64,000 nucleotides of DNA from contig NIVC01001635.1 of the NCBI GenBank assembly GCA_002269645.1, positions 124,001-188,000 of the forward strand, given 5' to 3'. A model generated the notes under the pieces. It did no database searches and had not been told where the DNA came from. It worked only from the letters and a program-made list of their open reading frames with translations. The stretch is from Macrostomum lignano (Eukaryota). This document shows positions 1-11,694 of the stretch, piece by piece; the stretch's first letter is position 1, and the number at the start of each line of letters is the position of its first letter. The position numbers were made by a program, and so were the translations under genes.

Positions 1-392
1 CATCGAGGAGAACGCCGAAACCTGGGAAATCAGCACTCAGGACACCATGCTAAGTCATTACGAGACTTGCATCATCAGGTTGTCGGAAGAGCTGGAAGAA
101 GCGGCACAGGACGTCGCTCCGGATGACCTGCGCACAGGCTGGAAGGTGGGCTTGCGCTAGGCGGCGAAGGACGCTGGAAGGCGCTTTAACTGCTCGGCGG
201 CCCTACTACGCAACCGGCTGTACAAATTGAGAATTTCTGTGGAGGTCCCCGACTTCATCGAATCTTCGGGTAGGTTCTTTCTCCACGAACAGCCTTCCAC
301 CTAGAAACTCCAGAGACATCCGTGTTTCCGAGCTCGTTTCAATCCCCGAGGAGCCTCCGGGGGCCTTTGAGCGCGACGCTAACAATTCTGTT

Positions 393-1277
393 ATGATTAT
401 TGATGAAGGGGCTGGACCCGTTGAGCCAGTGTCTATGGATGCGTCTTCCGTTTGGGCGACACCGACACTTTATGAGGAGCCAAGCATGTTCAGTCATACC
501 GAAGAGAGGCGCAGAGATGTTTCCACGTCCCCAAGATCCACCACTGAATCTTGCGAGCCGAGGGCTCAAATACGGTGTCTGACTGCCTGTGCTCAGGTGT
601 CAGACACGAAGGGGGTCTGTGATCAGACATCCCCACCTGCAGCTGATCTGGACACCGAAGACGACGGCCAACTCCTTGCCAACATATTTTTGAATTTTCT
701 CGCGGTTGGGTCGGATCTCGCTCAAACAAATGCCTCGACTACTAGGTCTTACATTCACAATTAGCCGAAAAAGAACTGGAAGTTTTCGGCTATCGAGAAG
801 GAGACAGTGATAATTGGTGATGAGAGTTTACCTCAAACTGAAGCGGAGTATACGGACATCCATTTTGAGATCTTCCCGAACTTGAGGGCAGGGAATTTGA
901 TCAAGGTATTACGTGAGAAGACCGACGATCCCTCTACAGGGGTAAAAGCGGTCATTCTGTTCCCTTGGGGACAGGACCTATCAAGAAAGTTCGAGGGTGC
1001 CATCGACAAACAGCTGACAACTATCTTCAATCATTGCCGCAAAGCCTTTCCGTAGGCTAAAATCTACACCTTTGACTCGTTGGTGAACATTGGGGAACCA
1101 GAGGACGTCCGAACAACTGCTGAGAAGGTTAGCCGACATCTTCGAAGACTCAACCTAAAAGAACACGTTGCTCTGTCACCTCGGGAACTGTCATTCCAAC
1201 AGAACCTGGTCTCCTTCACTGAGGAGTCCTCTAGGAGGGTTCTCCAATTAGCACTCGCTAAACTAACAAAAAACTAA
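393..1277 (+). pseudogene. PLE upstream reading frame with SGNH/GDSL esterase-like domain (interrupted by TAG at 762-764 and 1053-1055)
   Basis: ORFs 393-764, 807-1055 and 1080-1277 share one frame. Motifs VIIGDESL, IFPNLRAG, VKAVILFPWGQD and FP*AKIY resemble SGNH blocks I-III as seen in retroelement ORF1 esterases. Confidence 0.55.
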
Positions 1278-1309
1278 ACAGTGCCGGAACTGCGGAGAGC
1301 AGCCCGGTG

Positions 1310-3326
1310 ATTAACCTGTCAACCTCACTCTTTCAAAAAGCGAAATTAAAGTGATCGAGAAGGGAAAGAATTTCGTTCCCGCGCCAACTATTATGAGCTC
1401 CCAAATCCTGACCGATTCCATCACTAGTCTCAAGCAGAGAATCGCTCTCAATTCGCTTCTGCAACGCCGCACGTGCGCGTTCACACCGCGAAAGTTCTTC
1501 TCTCGCCGCTCATCATTGCCCAATTTCAGCTTGGAAAAGTGAAGAACACATGAGGATCTTTTCGAAGCTCTTGACGGTATCAGCACTCCGAATTTCATTT
1601 ACAACAAATCAAATCTTCAGCAACACCAACAGGATGCGCTCCAAAATCTTCGCAACAATAATAGGGACACGTGGCCTATTCCAGGAGTGCCTCCAGAGAC
1701 CAATAGTCTCCGACTGCAGCTCAGAGAGCTACATGAGCGACAAATTCATTGACTGTTTTCTACAACCGATAGCGCAGGAACAAGATTCCTTTATCCGTGA
1801 CACCGATCATTTTCAAGCTTTAATTCAACAAGCTTTAATGACAAGGACAACGAGGTCTTTCTAGTAACAATGGATGTCAAATCTTTGTACACAAACATCC
1901 CAACTGACCAGGGGATGAACGCCGTGAAGAAGGCCTTTATTAATTTTCCTGAACCATCAAGACCTGACACTCAGCTGAGACTCTTGGACATCAACCTGAA
2001 CCAGAATGACTTCATCTTTGAGGAGCACCGATTCTTACAGGTGAAAGGCACCAGTATGGGAAAGGCCTTTGCGCCCGCCTATGCCAACATATTTATGGCT
2101 GAGTGGGAGTCCAGAGCCCTAAGAGTCGCTCCTTTCGCCCCTCACCTCTACAAGCGTTACATTGACGACATCTTTATGATTTTTACTGGTACGGAGGCAC
2201 AGCTAAGAGTTACACTTCCATCTCAACAGCTTTGACAGCAACATTCGTATCTCGATGGAGTATAGCAGAGAAAACATTCACTTTCTGGACTGCTGCATAT
2301 CGCTTACAGTGGAAGGCAATAAAAAGAGGCCAACTTGCTCTATCTACTTCAAACCCACAGACTCTTGCCAACTGTTAAACCCAGACTCTTTTCATCCTAC
2401 GCATACTTTTAAAGGCATTGTCAAATCTCAGTTCCTTCGCTATGCCCGCCGCGGTCTGCTGGGCATCCTCAAAAGACAGGGGTATTCTGTCCGAACTATT
2501 CGAGACGCAAAAACCTCTGCTCTCACTCAACTGGGTTACTACATGGACTGCCGGTGGGAATTTGGCTTTATTAGATGCAAAAATTCGAGCTGCCGCCTGT
2601 GTGAATAGCATGGTCAGTTTGGCCAGGTCTGCCCAGGCTCCAATGCCACTAAAATGGTCTACATAATCAATCAAAAAGTCCGCTGTGACTCCAGAGACGT
2701 GGTCTATGCGATTCTCTGTAGGACTTGTAATGGCCACTGCGTCTACATTGGGGAGACAGGTGGTGCTCTCAAGGTCAGAATACAAGCCCACCTGAGCGAC
2801 ATTAGGTTGGAAAAGACACGCCAGTGTCGAGACATTTTAACTCTGCTAACCACAGCCTTCATGACCTTCGCTTCATGGGCCTATGGTACCTGAGCACTGA
2901 GTGCAAAGCCGACAAGAAAGGAGCCCAGCGCCGTAGAAGGAACATGGAACAAAAATTGATCGGCCTGCTTTGCACCCGTTTCCCAAGTGGCCTAAACACG
3001 GTTGAAACGACCAATCATGCTTGCATTCCCATAGTGATTCCGCACACTGACCACTCTGCCCGCTTTGTACACGGAGTCCGCAGGTGATCGCAGACCGTGC
3101 ACGTGAGCTTGACACTGTGGCGGCGTACACCAGATTGCGCTTGATTCAAGACATTCTCTGTCCGTCTAAGCTGCACACTCAGCATTGCCACGCCGTAACC
3201 CATTTTCAGATCAATAAACTGCAACTACATTGTACACCCTGCTCAATTAGGAGCACGACGTGCGGCAAGGCACCCATCGGACTTTTAAACCTAATCAAAC
3301 TGATTTTTATCTCTCGCATTTATTAG
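1310..3326 (+). pseudogene. PLE reverse transcriptase + GIY-YIG endonuclease, disrupted
   Basis: ORF pieces 1351-1542, 1870-2235, 2255-2608, 2654-2893, 2824-3087 and 3084-3326 carry consecutive RT, thumb, Zn-linker and GIY-YIG motifs. Confidence 0.9.
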
Positions 3327-3384
3327 CTTTCTCGAATTTTTTCTCTGTACAATTTAAATTAAATCGAATTATAAACTTTACTTT

Positions 3385-3425
3385 TCAATCCTGACAAAGG
3401 CCAGGCAATAGGCCGAAATATTGGT
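3385..3425 (+). ncRNA. Hammerhead-ribozyme-like motif in the PLE 3' region (non-canonical core)
   Basis: CTGACAAA-GGCC-aggcaata-GGCC-GAAA-TATT at 3391-3422. Position and stem II/GAAA match PLE minimal hammerheads, but the core is CUGACAA instead of CUGANGA. Confidence 0.4.
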
Positions 3426-3578
3426 CACCTTCGAATTTAATCTGTTAATATAATCTTTGGTGTTTGCTGACTCTGGGTGAGCGCTTTTTACGTTGACGCG
3501 CTCGCTTCGCTCACACGTTAACGTTTTTGTAATTATCTATCTACCTATCTATTAATAAATCAATCAATCCACACCTAC

Positions 3579-6500
3579 CTGAGTGGAATTCCGAGCCAAG
3601 CTAAGATACTCGCTAGCGCGCTGCTGAATTTCCACATTGGAATTGCGCAGATTAGCGTCAGACTCAAGCACAGCGATAATGTCCTCGCGAATCTCCGGGA
3701 ACAGGTTCACTAATTTGATGTAGGCGCTCAACAGCAGGGCGCGGGTTGGCGGACTGCACAGGTGAAACTTGCCGTGCAGCAATTGGAATTGAGTTGAAGG
3801 CGAGCTGCGGGCATCTCCGGCAATGAGGTTGCCAAACTCGCCCAGAATGTAGCCGCCAACCTTCACCATGTTCTCGTGGCAGGCCGGAGCTTCCAGCGCT
3901 TCGAATACCGTCTTGGCCGCGTACGCCTGGCGGATTTGGGTAGGATGAAGACGCCACGTATTCATAGCAACGAAGACTGAAGATCATATATCAGCTTAAA
4001 TCTCTGTGACCTTCACAACCGTAACAATATAGATCAAGATAAACAAAACCCATGTGGCACATAGCAACACAAATCGAGAGCTAATAGACCATAGCAACCA
4101 AGCAACTAGGCTTGATTACTTTTTGCAATCAAGAAGCATGAGTCATAATTTGACTCTAACTGAGCCTTAGCAACTACCACTAGATGACCCGTAGCAACCA
4201 CGCCAACCACCTATCTGACCCTTAGCAACCCGCCTACCTGAGCCTTAGCAACCACTTACCTGAGCCTTAGCAACCACTTACCTGACACTTAGCAACCACT
4301 TACCTAACTCTCAGCAACCAACTATCTGATCCTTAGCAACCACTAAGCCTTAGCAACCAACTACCCGAGCCTTAGCAACTAACTACCTGAGCCTTAGCAA
4401 CTAACTACCTGAGCTTTAGCAACCACTTACCTGAGCCTTAGCAACTAACTATCTGAGCCTTAGCAACAAACTACCTGAGCCTTAGCAACCAATTTTACGT
4501 AACCCCGAGTAAGCAACACTTACCTGCACATCTTCGCGATTAATAACAATCTGGATAACTCGGTACCAAACCTCCTCGGAGACGAAATCACCAGCCAGTC
4601 GAATGAGATTGAGTATGGTGTCCACATACCAGGTATAATCGCTGGCGTATTTCTCGGCTAGGATGGCAATTTTGAGCACTAATTCGCCGCGAATAGAATA
4701 ATCGGCCGTCTCCAAATAGGTGAGCATCTCGCCGACGATCTCTTCGGCGTTGCTGCGATCGCACATTGCGTAGAGCAGATCGACAGCGCGCTGGCGAACT
4801 GACACGTCGCGCTCGCTCTGATTGCGGCAATGGTAGCAAAATTTATTAATTATTAGATGCTTGCTGACGTATCCGCACCATACTACTTATCCCATTCAAA
4901 GTAAGTAGAACGAAATATATATTTCTTAATTTGTTTAACATTTGCTGATTATTTGTAAAATACAGTTTTTACAATAATTAATCAACAAGAGATACGGTTT
5001 ACACTTCAAAATTGAGGCTTAATAAGTGCTTAGAACTCGAACAATTTAGGATGCTTAAAGATTTGATTAAATGATTAATACGGGATCTAGAATCCCAGGA
5101 AGCTGTGGGTTAATGCCTCACCTTCAGCGCCGTGACAACAGTCTCCTGGTGCCTCTTAACCGCATCGTGAGAGAACTCAGACGTGGCCAGTAAGCACATG
5201 CTCTCCAATGCCAGGTAGCGCAGGTTAGTCTCCCTATTGGATAGAAACTGGCCCAGTTGGCTGCAGGCCCTCACCAGAAGGCTCGGATCGCTGTCCATAT
5301 GAATGATCAAGCTGATCGCTTCGAATAATACGGCATTTTTAGCGTTCGAATGCTGCACTTTCTTAGATTTAGGCGGCTCAACCGCTTTGTTAAGAATGGT
5401 CTCCAGGCACTCTGCTAGGCGATTTCGCACCGTAGTGTCCTCTGGCGGCGGGTAGTTCTGCAGCAGCCGGAGCAGCTTCACTGATAGCCACGGCGCCGGC
5501 ACAAAGTAGTAGGTGTAGTCCTGAGGGTTTGCATTGGGTTTATTATTGGTTTATAAATTGATTATATAGTCCATGGACCAGGGGAGGAGGGCGCCACACA
5601 CCCTCATCTACCCCAGCTAATGCTGGCACCCATTTTTATAGTTGGCTGAACTGAAGCAGTGCAGAGTTAAGTGTCTTGCTCAAGGACACAAATTGTTGCA
5701 AGTTGGGTAGAGAATCGAACCCCCGACCTTCCAGTCATGAGTCCAACGCTCTATCTACTAGTCAGTCAGTCAGTCAGTCAGTCAGTCAGTCAGTCAGTCA
5801 GTCAGTCAGTCAGTCAGTCAGTCAGTCAGTCAGTCAGTCAGTCAGTCAGTCAGTCAGTCAGTCATTCAGTCAGTCAGTCAGTCAGTCAGTCTCACCTGCA
5901 GGTCAGTATAGGACGAAGTGACAATCCGAGCCAGCCTGGAGATACTAAGCGACACGCAGCCTTTGAAATCGTCCGGATTCCGTTTAACCAGAGCTTCAAT
6001 CAGAGACACGGCGGCGGTCACAACGCCCATGTGCTGATCGTTGAGCAGGTGGATAACACGCGATGTCCAGTCGCCAATCGGCACCATCTCCGGAGCTGTC
6101 CTGAAGAGCTTCAACAGGCACAGAGCGGCGCTCTGTTTAACAGTATCGCCAGCGTCTCCCATCACTAGGAGCTTGGGAATCTCTGGGGCGAACATTTCCG
6201 CCATCTCTTTGCTGCCAATATTGGCGATGCACTCCAGAGCGAGGTTGACGTGCACCGGATTGCGGGAGGCCAGGTCGTTCTTTAGATTCTGCTGGACCAG
6301 GCGCATGAGCTCGTTGTTCTCGCTTATTAGTACCGAGATGAATAGGTAGCCCTGTCGGGGAAGTGAGGAGGAGTACGGTTTATCTGCAACTCGATACGCG
6401 TAGCTTACCAAGGTGTTCCATGACAAACATTACTTCTATCGATGGCTAACAGAATGCGATGCTATTGCTATTGAAAGTGTCGCTATGACTGCCAAGTGTT

Positions 6501-7446
6501 TATATAACCACATGGTTGTTGCTATGGCCAAGAGGTTTCTACGGTTTACCAGGTGTTGCTATGGCTGCCAAGAGGTTTCTATGGTTACTAGGTGCTGATA
6601 TGGCTACCAAGAGGTTTCTATGGTTACCGGGTGTTGCTATGGCTACCAAGAGGTTTCTACGGTTTACCAGGTGTTGCTATGGCTGCCAAGAGGTTTCTAT
6701 GGTTACTAGGTGTTGTTATGGCTACCAAGAGGTTTCTATGGTTACTAGGTGTTGTTATGGCTACCAAGAGGTTTCTATGGTTACCGGGTGTTGCTATGGC
6801 TACGAAGAGGTTTCTATGGTTGCCAGGCGTTGCTATGGCTACCAAGAGGTTTCTATGGTTATACCGAATTTGGCTATGGCTACCAAGAGGTTTCTATGGC
6901 AACGAAATACTTCTTAATTTCAGAGTGTTGCAATGACTACTATCCATGCCAGCACCTACGAGAATTGTTGCTAGGAATGCAATGTACTTGCATAGGAACA
7001 GTGTATGACAATAAATGATGAACGTAAGGAACTTATAGTCTAGATATAAAACAGACAACAAGCCAATAGTACTTACAATCTGTTTCTCAGTGTACTTGTT
7101 CGAATTCAGCAGATTAACGGCCTCCATGTGACCAAAATCGATGTCATTGCCCAGAAGAAAAATAAACAGCAGTTTGCAAACATATTTCTTCTTCTGGTAG
7201 CCATCTAGAGCTTTGTCGCCTTTGAATTTGGACCGTATATTGGCTAGCTCTTTGTTGATTCGTTTCTCTTCGGCTTCCTTGCTTTTGCCTGCCAAATTTA
7301 AGTTATGCATTATTTGTGTCTTTGAAAAGAGAACTTTAAGAAGCAGTTAACAGAATAAATTAGTAAAAGAATAGTGTAATCTTACAATTTCTGATATCAG
7401 AAATGAAGACTGCAAGTCCGCGCATGGAGTCTTTTACAGCAGGCAT
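3579..7446 (-). CDS. AP2A: AP-2 complex subunit alpha (alpha-adaptin), exons 1-6; gene continues beyond the window start
   Basis: Exons 7446-7386 ([20 protein letters not shown]), 7288-7077 ([47 protein letters not shown]), 6351-5896, 5520-5122, 4817-4524 and 3926-3579, all with GT-AG junctions in frame; near-identical to known alpha-adaptin N-terminal trunk. Confidence 0.97.
4200..4492. repeat. Intronic minisatellite, ~22-bp unit (CCTTAGCAACCACTTACCTGAG)
   Basis: About 13 degenerate tandem copies read directly. Confidence 0.9.
5568..5760 (-). mobile_element. tRNA-derived SINE with CORE-like central domain (copy 1)
   Basis: Reverse strand reads ...GGACTCATGACTGGAAGGTCGGGGGTTCGATTCTC (B box) followed by TGTGTCCTTGAGCAAGACACTTAACTCTGCACTGCTTCAGTT...TAAAATGGG; homologous to the copy at 51841. 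Confidence 0.8.
5760..5890. repeat. (GTCA)n microsatellite
   Basis: About 32 tetramer copies abutting the SINE head. Confidence 0.97.
6505..6905. repeat. Intronic minisatellite, 39-bp unit (ATGGCTACCAAGAGGTTTCTATGGTTACCGGGTGTTGCT)
   Basis: About 10 tandem copies; generates spurious [13 protein letters not shown] ORFs. Confidence 0.92.
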
Positions 7447-8803
7447 GACTGATCCAACTGGTTGAGTAGTTTGGCTGCAAGTGTGAAGGCATTATATAGA
7501 TTAAAAATACCTTAACATTGAATGCATCATTTTGCTTTTGTAGAATAGAGAAAACAAGCACAATTTTATACAAGATTTTACTTGGATTATTTTTGTCAAA
7601 AATAGTTTTAATAAACAGAGTATAACAAATAACTATAACATTTACATTAATTTACATTAACAAAGTATAAAATTTATACTATTGCGCATAGAAACATGTT
7701 TCTTTCAAATGCCTACTCTAGATACATATTAACTAACATACCAAAGAAAATATGTTTTTATTTTCTTTGTCATTAAATATTGTCAAAAATTAAACTATAC
7801 ACATCATGTTGATTGCATTAAAATTTAAACTTATAAGCTTAGCTAGGTTAGCCAGTTGCTGCCTATATATATTCATATCCATAGGCCTTACTCTTATAGA
7901 CCATTTAACTAGAACTATCTACCTTTTATCTAGACTTAAGGATTTAGAAAGTATATTTAGGCTTATACTTTTTCTTAATCTAATGAAAGCATTATTCATT
8001 TTTTTTAAATCGGCACACTTAAAATTTTAGAAAATATTAAGCCTAGTTCATTAAGTTTCATTAACTGTATACAAGGGGTTTTATAAAACAAACATGCTAA
8101 TAAGGCTTAGTCAGCAAAGATAAATGAAGATGAAATCTATTAATAGTAAGCCTTTTGTCATATACTTATATAATAAAAAAGTATTTAAAGTACATCTTTT
8201 ATAATTGTATTTTCTTATTGCATATTGCAAAAGTGCATAATTTATAAGTTTGTTATTCTATATGAAAAATAAATTCAAAAATGATAAAGTATATAACTTT
8301 AACATACATAGTTGAAAAAACTTTATTTAGTCCCAGAATACAAACCTAGTCCTGTGACCTATAATTTTTTCCCCCAACAGACATAGCATATATTAATTAT
8401 ACAATTCAAACTATAGACTTGCACCTATTTTCAAATAGATTTGAATATCATTTTTTGTATGCCAAATAGAACTTTTTAAATTCAAGCATGCCAAATATGC
8501 ATGTCAATAAATTATAAAAGGCTCATGTATGTCACAAAATTCTGGCATATAGGACACCTTCCTAACTATGGTAGGTTAAAAGACATTAAAAGAAAAAATT
8601 GATATAAATATCAAGAAAAAATAAAAACAATCCTTTTGCACTAAAATTTATGTTAATAAATCAAATAGTAGCACAACCAGGGGGCGGGGTAGGGGGGCAG
8701 TTGCCCTCCCTTTAGGTGGAGAAACTTAAAAAAATCAAAGAGGGACCAAGCAAATTTTTGCCAATAACAGAGCCTGAGAAAGAACCATCCCTTTGCCCCC
8801 TCC

Positions 8804-9298
8804 TGGCCACACTCTGGATCATGTAGTATATGCCCAAAAATTCAGGTGTGCATTGGCCTTGCACGCCAAAATTAGGCGTGCACAGTTGGCATGCATCACT
8901 CCTGAGAAAATAGTATGCATGCACACCTGGCATGCACTTTATAGAACCACGCGTAAGAGTTATTGTAAAGTTGAAAAAAGAATAACAAAGTTCAATTTCA
9001 AGTGCAAATTTCAAGCATTCCGATTTTTTCAAGCTTGTAAAAGAGCATTTAAACAAATCTCTGTGTGTATAAATTTTCTGCTGTAAATAATATCGTTGAA
9101 AGAGCATAAAAAGCAACCAAATTATTTGGTAATAAGGCTTTATTATGCATTTTATTGTCACAACATAAAAAAGACCATTTATTGTTGCAACACCAGCGTC
9201 TTTTTGAGAATGGGCATGCACTTAATTTTTTTTGGTGTGCATTTGTGATTATTCAATTTTTGTTTGAGCATGCACCCAGCATGATCTATACTATGGCC
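8804..9298. mobile_element. Old dispersed repeat / probable MITE, homologous to ~60010-60488
   Basis: Collinear diverged matches (e.g. CATCACTCCTGAGAAAATAGTATGCATGCAC vs CATCACTCCTAAGACAATAGTGTGCATGCAT; CATGATCTATACTATGGCC vs CATGATCTAGACTATGGCC); imperfect terminal inverted repeat GGCCA...GATCATG. Confidence 0.55.
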
Positions 9299-9758
9299 TC
9301 CTGGGACTTTAGGCCTACTCTCTAGAACCTATCCCCCCCTCAAAATTGCTGGTTGAACTACTAAAACAAAAAGGTATTTTCATATTTTTAAAGGCACATC
9401 AGCTTAACAAAAAAAATAATATTCAATTTGCTTATTCTTATAAAATAAATATACTAGGCTAGGCCCTATGACCTGGAGTATTTTACTGTTTAGATTAAAA
9501 CCTCATTTCTGTTTTTAATGTCTAATTATAATTTATAACTAAGGCACTAAAAAGCAAACTAGGGTACTTGATAGCACAGATATGGGATACCTTCTCTAGA
9601 ATAATTAGATGTTTTATTGCCTAGCATAGGCCCTATTAATAGCACTATTTTTATAAGTGTACACCAAGTCCCTGTATTACAGAATGATAAAATATTAAAA
9701 TTAAATTATTAAAAAGATTGGATTCTACTCTCAAGTCAAAGCTTGCTGAAGGAAAAAG

Positions 9759-11129
9759 CAAGGACTTCTAGACTAACAGGACGTAAAACTCAAAGATCGT
9801 GCAATTTTTTAGAGGCCACGATTTCCTGGAAAAAATACACTGCGGAGATAGGAAAAAATCAGTTTTTTGTCACAAAAACAGTGATTTTATTTGATCTGGG
9901 GCAGTGAAGACTACCATTCTTTTAATTTAACATGCACAACATGTTACTCTTATATTTTCATATAGCTGTGTATTGAAGTTTTCATTTTCATGTTGTTTTT
10001 ACTTCATTTCATAAGCCCAAAGTTGCAAATACTCACAAGTGGCATTAGCCAAACTTTTTGTGCTGTTCCTTTTTTGAATCAAGTATATTTGTAATGAAAA
10101 CTGTGCATGTAGGTACTCTTAATCTTTTATTGTAGATATAGTTCCATTTCAATGCATATATAAGGCCTAGTAACTATTTAATTCCTAGATATACATTCCA
10201 ATATATAATATGATATAAGAGTTACTATTATAGTTAATAGCTCAATTAGTTTTTATTTACTATAGGAGGTATAGATTTAATAAGTTAAACTATAAGGTCA
10301 ATAAAAGTCCTTCATTTATAAAAATCATAATTGCATATTATTATTATATGAATGATTTAGAGTTTAGACAGATAGATACTACCATTTTTATTTCTCTCTC
10401 TTCTTTCTTCTCTTTAGCTAGAATCATGTTTAAAAGAATTGAAAAACTGAAATAAATTAGGCCTATAAATTGTAAATGTAAGTATGCCCCACTTATTAAG
10501 AAGATTTTGGAATCCATAGATCAAATATCATTATTCATTAGGCAAGAAAATGAATAAGACAAACATGCCTTGTATTCAGTCATTTTAGTTAGGGCCTATT
10601 TTACCAATAAAAGGATGTGTGATTCCATATATAAAGCCTAATTTTCAAGAATCTTTGATAGGTCTTAGACTCATAACTCTTAGACATTATACCTAGTAGT
10701 AATAGTAGACAGGTATAACTAATACTAGTAGGCCTAGTATAGTTACTAACCATACAATAAAAGATTAAGAGTACCTATATGCACAGTTTTATTACAAATA
10801 TACTTGATTCAAAAAAGGAACAGCACAAAAAGTTTGGCTAATGCCACTTGTGAGTATTTGCAACTTTGGGCTTATGAAATGAAGTAAAAACAACATGAAA
10901 ATGAAAACTTCAATACACAGCTATATGAAAATATATTAGAGTAACATGTTGTGCATGTTAAATTAAAAGAATGGTAGTCTTCACTGCCCCAGATCAAATA
11001 CAATCACTGTTTTTGTGACAAAAAACTGATTTTTTTCTATCTCCGCAGTGTATTTTTTCCAGGAAATCGTGGCCTCTAAAAAATTGCACGATCTTTGAGT
11101 TTTACGTCCTGTTAGTCTAGAAGTCCTTG
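9759..11129. mobile_element. Non-autonomous DNA transposon with ~340-bp terminal inverted repeats and 8-bp TSD (hAT- or P-superfamily type)
   Basis: 9759-~10096 is the near-perfect reverse complement of ~10791-11129; ends CAAGG...CCTTG; GGAAAAAG is duplicated at 9751-9758 and 11130-11137. Confidence 0.9.
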
Positions 11130-11694
11130 GGAAAAAGCTGAAATAAAAGGTAAAACATGGCTAAAAAACAAGAATGCTGAAAACAAGAATGGATAAAAAA
11201 TGCACAGAATTGTTAATGTTTACAGAATACTATTTGCACATTGCCATAAAGACTTTTGATCAAAAAACAGTCTACAAATTTTACTATACATTAGGCCCAG
11301 CTATTTATTTTAAACATGTATTATAATTTTCTGATAGTGAGTTAGTTGCGAGTCTCGAAATTTAGTCAGTCTCGCCGTTTATATTACGAAATATTTTTGC
11401 AGGAAATGTCCTATCTTTTAAAAAAAGCTAAACATGTTGTGTTTATCACTTTAAGCAATAAGTTTCTAACACATTTTTTAATTACATGTCAGAATTAAAA
11501 GAGTAAACAATTTACCTCTTTTTTAATAAATGTTTGTGTTCTTTTTTGTTTTACCACCTGTATCCAGAGTCTATATATATGAAATCAAATTAGACATTTT
11601 CGTCATAATAATTTGTTTACCCTCTGGGTATGCAATTTTCTCAAAACCAGCCGACCTCAAGGCAGTCGCGTTGTAGCCTCTACGGGAACCAAAC

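Larger units (their letters stand above)
1..3533 (+). mobile_element. Penelope-like retroelement (PLE), decayed, 5' end outside window; lies antisense in an AP2A intron
   Basis: PLE N-terminal motif VINLS...IEKGKNFVP (~1310-1385); RT motifs MDVKSLYTNIP, QVKGTSMGKAFAPAYANIFM, YKRYIDDIF; thumb YFKPTD...SFHP; Cys linker CKNSSCRLC; GIY-YIG VVYAILCRTC...VYIGETG...RIQAH. Frameshifts and in-frame stops; the 3' end runs into (TATC)n at ~3533. Confidence 0.92.

Noticed and set aside
158-2608. Repeated in-frame TAG/TGA stops in the first PLE as possible readthrough or selenocysteine recoding
   Set aside because: The same copy also has frameshifts and a deletion (the ADKG region is missing), and most stops are one transition away from CAG or TGG; ordinary decay explains them.
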